Shown: positions 51,957 through 60,600 of the stretch, one piece after another
Layout of the letters: every line of letters begins with the position of its first letter
Position numbering within the stretch: the stretch's first letter is position 1
Assembly (NCBI GenBank): GCA_024679065.1
Contig: JAGIQG010000043.1
Span: forward strand, 1,674,001 to 1,738,000
Origin: Sphyrna mokarran
Taxonomy: Eukaryota
Length of the DNA: 64,000 nt
Reading direction: 5' to 3'
Position numbers and translations under genes: made by a program
The notes under the pieces: generated by a model
The model's database searches: none
Told to the model about the DNA's origin: nothing
Seen by the model: only the letters and a program-made list of their open reading frames with translations

Positions 51957-52157
51957 TCAACAATGAAAACTGCTGGAAATCCGCAGAAATGTCTGTCTGA
52001 TGTATTGTAACTGGAACATGAATACAATTGCTGTATCATCATTTGGAAGAGCCGCAGAGATATATGTTCTTATTGCAAAGTGTGGACACTTTGGTTCATG
52101 ATTAGATGTTTCAGACAGTGATCTGATAGCAGCATGAACTATCCCAGATGGCACATC
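51957..52157 (-). CDS. Gene B putative terminal exon (DVPSGIVHAAIRSL...FHC*)
   Basis: In phase after a TTTCAG acceptor, but the intron would be only 61 nt with a weak pyrimidine tract. Confidence 0.4.
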   Translation of the reverse strand, partial: DVPSGIVHAAIRSLSETSNHEPKCPHFAIRTYISAALPNDDTAIVFMFQLQYIRQTFLRISSSFHC

Positions 52158-55100
52158 CTGAAACTTATTCCAAAATCCTATTTCCTCAATGATATTAACA
52201 TATTTGCAAAGCACTCACTTGAACTGCACATTCTTGTGTTCTCTTTCCACGTGTTTGGTGATAATCGTCTGTGTAACAAAGTGGAAGGTATCAATTTAGG
52301 AAAGCAGTTAGGAATACAAAGAACGGATATAAGAGAGTTCTGGCTTGGAAAATCCCAATATAATCGACATGCATTTCAAACAGAAAAAGAATACAGCCCT
52401 TTAGATACGAGGCGACAAACTGTGGGTGGAGCCAGAGGACATGAGACAGGTGCTAAATTAATACATCACATCCTTTTTCACCCAAGAGAATGAGGACTAT
52501 GTGCCAGAATTCAGGGACAGAGACTGTGTGGTTCTCGAACAAATTGATATAGGGAAAGATAAGCTATTGGCAACATTAAAAGCGGACAAATAATCCAAGT
52601 TCAACTGAATTGCACCCTCAACACTCAACAGCTGTAGGAAGCAAGAGGTGAGATTGCAAGGGCACTGGCTCGTATTTTTCAATTCCTCTCTGGCCACGGG
52701 AGGTCCCAGAAGACTGGGGAACAGCAAACGTAGTTGGCTGTTAAGGAAGAGTTGTAGAGATGACGCAGGAAACTGTAGATAAGTGAGCCTCACATCAGTA
52801 GTAGGGAAATACTGAAAGAAACATCTGGAGGAGAAAATCTATCGACACTTGGAGAGACAAAGCTTGTGCAGAGATAGTGAGCACGGCTTCGTCAAAGGGA
52901 TGTCATGCCTAAGAACTCTATTTAAATTTTATGAGGCTCGGCAGGTGTGCAGACAAAGGTAGTGCAGCTGATGTAGTTTATATGGATTTCAGCAAAGCCT
53001 TTGACATGGTTCTAAGTGGGAGACTTGCAAATATTCAGGGTAATTTGATAAAGTGCATTCAGAATCAGATCAGTTATAGGGGACAACGTGCAACGGCAGG
53101 AAGATGCTTAGTAACTGAAAGCCAATGTCCATTGGCGTATCACAGGGTTCTGTGTTCCCTCCCTCCCCCAACCTCTCCCAACCCCGCACCACCACCATAT
53201 TGCGTCACTTATATAATTGTCACTGATGTCTATGTGCCGGGTAGGGTTAGTTTGGAAAAGACACAATGATTGGGCGCCTGGCTAACAGTGACGTGGAATG
53301 TCTTGGTTTACAAGAACATCTAGACGGAATGGTCAAATGGGCAATTAAGTGGAAGATGGAACTTAGCACTAAAAATTGTGAAATGACACACGCTCTGGAT
53401 GGATTAATTTGACAATAATGTATTCACTGAATGCAGGACACTAGTAAGCTCTGTGGAACAAAGGGACTTTGGCGTCTTTATCCACAGATCTCTGAAAGTG
53501 GAAGGTCATGCTAGTAGGGAGGCGAAAATGACATATGGGCCACTTTCATTTATCAATCGAGACGTTGTTTACAGAAGCAGGGAAGTCATGTTGAAGTTGT
53601 ATATATCTTTGGTGAGACCACTGCTATAGAACTGTGTGCAGTTATGGTAGCCACATTGCAGGGAGTATGTGATGGCACTGGAGGGAGTGCAGAGGAGATT
53701 CACCAGGATGCTGCCTGGGATGGAACATGTAAGATGTGAAGTGAGGTTGGATAAGCTTGAGTTGTTTTTTTATTGGAACAGAGAAGACTTAGTGCTGAAC
53801 TGATCGAAGTGTACAAGATGATGAAGGACATGGACAGAGTGTATCAGAAGCAGCTATTCCCCTTTGTTGAAGGGTCAGTCACGAGGCGGCATAAGTTTAC
53901 GGTGAGGGGCAGGAAATTTAGGGGGGATGTGAGGAAAAACTTTTTTTTTATCCAGAAAGTGCTGACATTCTGGAATGCGCTGCCTTGGAGGGTGGTTGGA
54001 GATGGATCACATCACATCATTTAAAAAATATCTGGATGAGCAATCGGCGCACTATGATGTTTAGGGCTTTGCGATAAGTACAGGTAGATGGGATTAGTCT
54101 GAGTTCACGTGTTTGTAATGTGATGGTATAGACTCGAAGGGCCGAAAGGCCTCTTCTGAACTGTTTGAATCTCAAATTCCAGAAATTGAATCTAATCCTG
54201 TTTCGTCTAAGCAATAAATAATTTGAGAAATAGTGCATCAATGATGGTCTGTTGCACAAATAAGGACACTTCCTCAATGGCCCCTTTAGGTGACAATTCA
54301 AAAAGTGCTCCCACATATACCAGCATTTTACTGATCCACAAACGGTCTTTCAACATATCAACAATATTTCACTCTATCCCAATTCACCCATGGAGGAACA
54401 AAGAATATCTACCCCATCTGGCGTCCATCCAATGTTTCACTGCCGGAAATGACAATCAACAGTTGTGCCTTTTTAAGTCGTCAATTAATTGCACAACAAT
54501 TTGATTGCATGACATATACATATCAACTTTTTAATTTCTTCCATTTTGGCATTGCTTATCACTGCTTCCACAAAGCGCCAGAGACCTGGGTTCAATTTCA
54601 GACTTAGGTGACTCTCCGTGTGTTGCTTGCACGCCCTCCCCATATCTGCGTGGATTTTTTCCGACTGCTCCAGCTTCCTCGCATGGTCTAAACATGTGTT
54701 GGTTGGGTGGATTGGACATGCTAATTTATCCATTCGTGCCTAGAAATATGTAAGTTCCCTGAATTGACCATTCTGAAATGTCTTTTAGTGTCCAAAGATG
54801 TGCAGGTTAAGTGGATTGGCCGGGCTAAATTGTCCCTTAGTGTCCAAAGATGTGCAGGTTAAATGGATTGGCCATGCTAAATTGTCTCGTAGTGTCTAAA
54901 GATGTTAAGGTTGGGTGGATAGGCCACATTAAATTGCACTTACTGTCAGGGGCATTAGCTCTGTAAATGCGTGGAGCTACAGGGATAGAGCCTGGGTGGG
55001 ATTGCTCTCAATGCAAATTCGATGGGCCGAGTGGCCTTCTGCACTGCAAAGGCTCTATGAGTTATCTGTTCAGTTCTATTAAAACTTTGCCAACATTTGG

Positions 55101-58100
55101 ATGCAACTTACCCGTCTTTCGCTCTTTCTGCTGCCTTCTACGCAGTTTTTCTCTCAAGCTAAAACTGGATAAGAAAATAAACACAATTAAACGGGTGTTA
55201 TATCCTGTAAATCCTGGGCAGAAATAGTTGAAAGAAAGGATAGCCGAATTTAAAATATGGAAAATTTCCACATGTACCATTGGATAAGTAAAGGTTGTGA
55301 ACTACGTTTAATATGATATTATATAGAGAGAAATGAAATTTGAAAATGGCTCATTTACTCACCTTTCATTACCGGCTCCCTCCGCTCGCTCTCCTGAAAC
55401 AAGACATTGTGATCAGCAATTTAAAATTACGAGGAGAATCAGGTTGGATGAACAATAACAATGATATCCCTATTGAACATTATTCCTCACCTGATCTGCC
55501 GCTTTTCCAAATACAAATAGAAAGAATAACAAAAAGGATAATCGGGATCACCAGGATAATTATGACAATGGAAAGTTCCAGATTGCACCATCCTATAGAG
55601 AGAAAACAATTAGGAATTGCTGTTGGCTCAAATAAATCCTTCTGCGTTGCTAGGACGGGCAGCTGAATGCAGACACTCTAACCAGTGCTTCTCGAGAGTC
55701 TATGTTATAACCATAACTCAACTACCATTAGCGTTTTTTTTCTCAAGTTATTATTGATCAAAACTCAGCCTGAATCCCCACTTAAACACATTGGCTACAA
55801 AAACAGGTCAGAGGCTGGGAATCCTGTGGAGAATAACTCACCTCCTAACTCCCCAAAGCCTATTCACTATTTATAAACCACAAGTCAGAAGTGGATTACC
55901 ACCCCCGCCCCTCCCCCCATCCCCCAAAATTACCTGGTTGGGTGAAGCTCCAACAATGCGAAAGAAGCTTAACACCATCAAGGGCAAAGCAGCCCGCTCG
56001 ATTGGCAACACATTCACTTCCTCCACCAGCCGACGCTCAGAAGCAGTAGTGTGTGCACTCACTGCAACAACTCATAAAAGATCCTTAGACAGTACCTTTA
56101 AAACCTTTCTCCATCTAGAAGGACAAGGGCAGCAGATACATGGGAACACCATCACCTGCATTTTCTTCTCCAAACCAGTCAACATCCCGACTTGGAAACA
56201 TATTGGCACTCTGTCGCAGTTGCAGGTCAAAATTCTAGAATTCCACCCCTAATATCGGGCGGGTACAGAAGAGCAGTGTCAGGCAATACAACAGGACATA
56301 GACAGGTTGGTAGATTGGGCAGATAGATGGCAAATGGAATTTAATCCGGAAAAATGCGAGGTGATGCATTTTGGCCGGAAAAATGTAGAAGAGAATTATA
56401 GGATAAAAGGTAAAACTATACGGAGCATAGAGACGCAGGGAGACTTGGGGGTGCAGGTTCACAAGTCTCTGAAGGTGTCCTCACAGGTGGAGAAGGTGAT
56501 AAAGAAGGCGTATAGTATGTTAGCTTTCATAGAAAAGGGTATAGAATACAAGAGTAGGAGTTTGATGTTGCAGTTGTATACAACTTTGGTTCGGCCTCAC
56601 TTGGAATACTGCGCCCAGTTCTGGTCTCCGTACTATCGGAAGGATGTGGAGTCCTTGGAGAGAGTGCAGAGGAGGTTTACCAGGATGCTGCCTGGTATGG
56701 AAGGACTGTCCTATAAGGAACGATTAGATAGACTGGGGTTGTTTTCCCTTGAAAGACGTCGGCTTAGAGGGGATCTCATAGAGGTGTATAAGATTATAAG
56801 GGGTATAGATAGAGTAAATGGAGGTAAACTTTTTCCGCCTTTAGAAATGGATAGGACGAGGGGTCATGGCCATAGGGTGAGGGGGGCTATGTATAGGACG
56901 AATATTAGAGGGCAGTTTTTCACACAAAGGGTAGTGGGGGTGTGGAATGCACTGCCGAGTAAGGTGGTGGGAGCAGGCACGCTGGGCTGTTTAAGGGTCT
57001 CTTGGACAGCCACATGAGCGGTATGCAGATAGAGGGATATATTAGGACTGTTTAACTACGGCTTTTTTCCACAGGTAATTCGGTCCATACTTGACCAACA
57101 TTGAGCATGCATTCGGCAGGTGGTGCGGGTACAGCTCTTGGATGTTGATTCATGGGTTGCCTGGTACCTCATGTCGTAAATGAGTGCTTTATGTGGACCA
57201 TCTGAAGGGCACCATGACAGCTCAGAGACTATCGATGTGGCTGTGCAGACACTTGGAATTGGGCCGGTGTCTGCGGGAGTTAGCGCGTTCTCCCGTGGTT
57301 TCGTGGGTTTTCTCCGGGCACTCCGGTTTCCTCCCACAACCCAAAAATTCGCTCTTAGGCTGATTGGGAAACAAATTGTCCTTATGGTGAAAATTTTCCA
57401 TATTAGGAATAATATATATATTATTATATAGGAATATTAAAATATGATAATGAATTTGCTACTATATAGTATGACGGCGGCGCGGGCTCGTTGGGCCGAA
57501 GGGCCTGTTTCCCGTGCTGTGTTGCTTAATAAATAATAATAATAATAATAATATCATTGTGGATAAACCCACAGCACGTAGACTGCACTGCATCTTTGAA
57601 ATAGCTGTTGAAATTCTACCACTCAGAGGCAGGTTCTTCACACAGAGGGTGGTGAGGGCGTGGAATGCCCTGCCTGCAGCAATTGTGGACTCGCCTACTT
57701 TGGGGGCTTTCAAATCTTCGGTGGATAGGCATATGGATGATATTGGAGTAGTTTAGGTTAGAGGGTCCACTGGCCGGCGCAACATCGAGGGCCGAAGGGC
57801 CTGTACTGCGCTGTAATGTTCTAACTTCTATGTTCTATGTTCACTCTATCTTTCCCTGACAGCTTTGCAATTTCTCATTACCGAGTCCAAATACAATTCC
57901 AGTTGTGGAATGTATTGTTACATGTGCTTCCATTGGCCATTCAGATGTGCTCTTAATCAGAAGATCAAACAGTATAAAATAATCGAAAATGTAATTTATG
58001 TGTTGCTTTTGATCTTGATCTTAATGCGATTGGATACCAGAGATTAGGAATTTATAATAAAACAGATGCTAAACGGAAACTAGAGATTCTGGAAAATTGA

Positions 58101-60526
58101 ACTAATGCCTTGGGGGGGGGGAACAGATTTTTAAAAAATAGTGTCAATGCTTGTTCGTTTCTTGATTGCAAAGCGCATCCAACGTTGGACTGACCTCAAA
58201 TGAGTTTGAAATCCAATTTGTGAAATGGGCGGTGGAAGCAGATTCAATAAAAACTTTCAGCCAGGAAAACAGAATCTGCTTTGAAGGGAAGAAGTGACCG
58301 GATTCCGGGCGGCATAGTGGTTACCACTGCTGCCAAACAGTGCCAGAGAAACTGGTTCGATTCCCTGCTTGGATCACTGCTTGCGCAGGATCTCCCAGAT
58401 CGGTGTTCACATCCTCCAGGCGTTCCAGTTTCCTCCAATTCTCGGAAGCCGTGCTGGTTGGCGGAATTGGGCATGCTGACTTCTTCTTTCGTGCACTCCA
58501 ACAGGCGCAAGAGTGTGGCGAATAGGGGATTTTCAGTTTGAATGAAAGTATATTTGTGCCACGAATAAAAAATGCAAGTAAAATTGGAGATCTTTTCTGT
58601 GTACGCAACAGACGTCAGTTTCTGAGTAGTTGGAACAATAATTGATTACAAGTTGAATTCAAATCATCATTGCGGAGATTGACAACTCACCTGAATTGGG
58701 GAAGTGCACACTCTCCGTCCAATATTTCCCTGGAATCCCCAGTTGAACAATGCAAGTACCGACTCCGCCACTTCTCCAGACTTGCCCCGACACCATGACA
58801 TGACTTCTGATGCTGTAGGTCCCGTCGCTCTCCATTGTCCCGGGATCACTCGATCCCTCAGTGACCAGGCCAGCAATATTCCAGAAAATAGCAATCTGTT
58901 TGGAAGGAACTCCACTGACCAAACACGCTAAGGGCACGGCATCACTCACATCCAGCTCAGCCGGCAGGACAAATATCTGCACAGCCGTCTTGTTGGTGGA
59001 ACTGTCTGGACAGAAATTGGGACACAGTTAACGATTAATTTGCACAAAAAAGACAATGCTGTGCATGCTATGAGTGAATTTCACTTGCTCTCTTACCTCC
59101 AATTAGGAGTGTGGTTCCACTACGGAACAGTGTAGATCGAGTATATATACAGTAGTAGGAACCAGAGTCAGTGGTCTGGACATTGCGAATTTTCAGAATC
59201 AACACATTCCCTGGATTGCCTTTTTCAGAAATAAACTTACAGCCGGGCGCAGTACAGGATGCAGTGTTTATTAGTATCGGAGCTTCGCCCAGCCGCTGTT
59301 TGTACCAAGCATAGTCAGACACCAAATCCACTCCTTGAGTGTCATGACAGGATAATTCCACCGTTTGGCCCACTGCAGCCGTCACTGTGAAGGGGATCTG
59401 AGACAGAGAGGACTCGGATTCTGTAACTAGAGAAATTATGGTGAGAGAAGCACTGATTATTGAAATACCTGAAGCAGACTCTAAAAACCAAATCGCCTCG
59501 AATTAAAATTTACTCTATTAATGTCAAAAGTAGGCTAACATTAACACTGCAATGAAGTTAAGGTGAAAATTCCCTGTTCTCCACCCTATGGCGCCTGGTT
59601 GGATACACTGAGGGGGAGCTTCTAGCACCGCCAATGAACAAAGAACAAAGAACAAAACAGCACGGGTAACAGGCCCTTCGGCCCAACGAGCCCGTGCCGC
59701 CTCCCCGATGTTCCCATCTCTACCCGCGATCCTTGTCCATGTTTATACATCTATGGATTAAAAACCAAATTTGAAACAATTTAGGGAGAATTTGTTTTGC
59801 CAATTAGCCTAAGAGCACATCTTTGGGATGTGGGACGAAACCGGAGCTCCCGGAGAAAACCCACGCAAGCACGGGGAGAATGCGCACACTCCCACAGACA
59901 CAGGCCCAAATCTATGTATCTGCACAGCACAGAGATAGTCACTGAGCTGTCGTGTTGCCCATCAGATGGTCCAGGCCAAGCACACACTAACAACGTGAAG
60001 TAGTAGGATACTCTCGAAAAAGATCCAAGAGCAGCCCTCTCACGATCCATCTCATGTATGCCCCTCATTAGACCACAAGGTGGACCAAAGCACCTGTAGG
60101 ATAAAAACAGATACATCAATATAAAACAAATACATCAAATATAAAACAATGGATCAACTAGCACCTCTTTCGGACAGTAGGAGAAAACTGCAGCGATGGG
60201 AGGAAACTCATGCAGACGGGCAGACTCCACACAGACAGTGACCCAAACCAGGTATCGAACCCGATTCTCTGCTGCACAATCTCATTATTCTTTGTAATCA
60301 TTGTTTGTTATACTTATTTTCTTCGCTTTATGGGTAGAACCAATAAATGAAGTTAGATGATCACTTCAAATGCCTTCACCTTAACGCTAGCTCACGCTTT
60401 TAGCTTAGAAAAAAATCATTCTGGTTTATAAAATCGATTCCGCTTAAAATTCCCACCAGCCTCTTACTCACAGTGAAACCTCAGTATTTGGAAAATGACT
60501 ATCAAAGACAGGCATTCTTCAGCCAT
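51957..60526 (-). CDS. Gene B: non-rearranging VJ-C1-TM antigen-receptor-like IgSF protein, about 378 aa; complement(join(51957..52157,52219..52268,55112..55164,55363..55393,55491..55592,58691..59005,59097..59426,60472..60526))
   Basis: Eight GT-AG exons with compatible phases encode a leader, VJ, C1, stalk Cys plus TM, and a cytoplasmic tail. The last exon is the least certain because it needs a 61-nt intron. Confidence 0.75.
52219..52268 (-). CDS. Gene B exon 7, cytoplasmic DDYHQTRGKRTQECAVQ
   Basis: Acceptor CTTTGTTACACAG, donor CAA|GTGAGT, phases 1 to 0. Confidence 0.6.
52450..54170 (+). mobile_element. Old degraded CR1 in a gene B intron
   Basis: DVVYMDFSKAFD and WNALP remnants with many frameshifts. 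Confidence 0.75.
54786..54945 (+). repeat. About 52-bp tandem repeat (3+ units) inside a SINE
   Basis: Repeated TAGTGTCCAAAGATGTGCAGGTTAA..GGATTGGCC..GCTAAATTGTC. Confidence 0.8.
55112..55164 (-). CDS. Gene B exon 6, basic cytoplasmic exon SFSLREKLRRRQQKERKT
   Basis: Acceptor TTCTTATCCAG (an alternative in-frame AG lies 6 nt downstream), donor G|GTAAGT, phases 2 to 1. Confidence 0.7.
55363..55393 (-). CDS. Gene B exon 5, cytoplasmic mini-exon GERAEGAGNE
   Basis: TGTTTCAG acceptor and AAG|GTGAGT donor, phases 1 to 2. Confidence 0.72.
55491..55592 (-). CDS. Gene B exon 4, stalk Cys plus uncharged transmembrane helix
   Basis: Acceptor TTTTCTCTCTATAG, 102-nt phase 1-1 exon encoding GWCNLELSIVIIILVIPIILFVILSICIWKSGRS, donor CAG|GTGAGG. 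Confidence 0.88.
56250..57530 (+). mobile_element. 5'-truncated CR1 (ORF2 C-terminus) with a V-SINE-core 3'UTR variant, in a gene B intron
   Basis: ORF 56307-57017 (WQMEFN..VRPHLEYC..WNALP) is followed by a diverged homolog of the 470-bp element. Confidence 0.8.
58691..59005 (-). CDS. Gene B exon 3, C1-set Ig constant domain
   Basis: Follows a 91-nt intron. VPLACLVSG..IFWN..DGTYSIRS..WRSGGVGTC has 28 of 66 residues identical (ungapped, hand count) to the gene A C1 core. Donor TCAG|GTGAGT. Confidence 0.92.
59097..59426 (-). CDS. Gene B exon 2, germline-joined V-J Ig domain
   Basis: LSQIP..VELSC..WYKQRLGEAP..DSGSYYC is followed by IYTRSTL-FRSGTTLLIG. Donor GGAG|GTAAGA. Confidence 0.93.
59635..60120 (-). 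mobile_element. About 470-bp V-SINE-core element in gene B intron 1
   Basis: Near-identical to the 1340-1803 and 1960-2440 copies. Confidence 0.8.
60472..60526 (-). CDS. Gene B exon 1, signal peptide MAEECLSLIVIFQILRFH
   Basis: AAGATGG Kozak context, hydrophobic core, phase-1 donor T|GTGAGT. Confidence 0.8.
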
Positions 60527-60544
60527 CTTGATAGAAATTTCAAG

Positions 60545-60600
60545 ATGTGGTGTCTCACGGGCTCGCTTCTATAGACACTGTAGACACAATAATGTGGTCA
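60545..60600 (-). promoter_or_regulatory. Candidate gene B proximal promoter with two RUNX sites
   Basis: TGTGGT at 60546-60551 and 60593-60598, flanking TCTATAGA, just upstream of the ATG. Confidence 0.3.

Noticed and set aside
54786-54945. Regular repeats resembling a CRISPR array
   Set aside because: This is a tandem duplication of SINE-internal sequence without unique spacers, in a vertebrate genome.
59382-60475. CACAGTG heptamers in the gene B V exon and at the leader donor as possible RSS
   Set aside because: There is no ACAAAAACC-like nonamer at 12 or 23 bp spacing, and the positions do not flank V or J ends.
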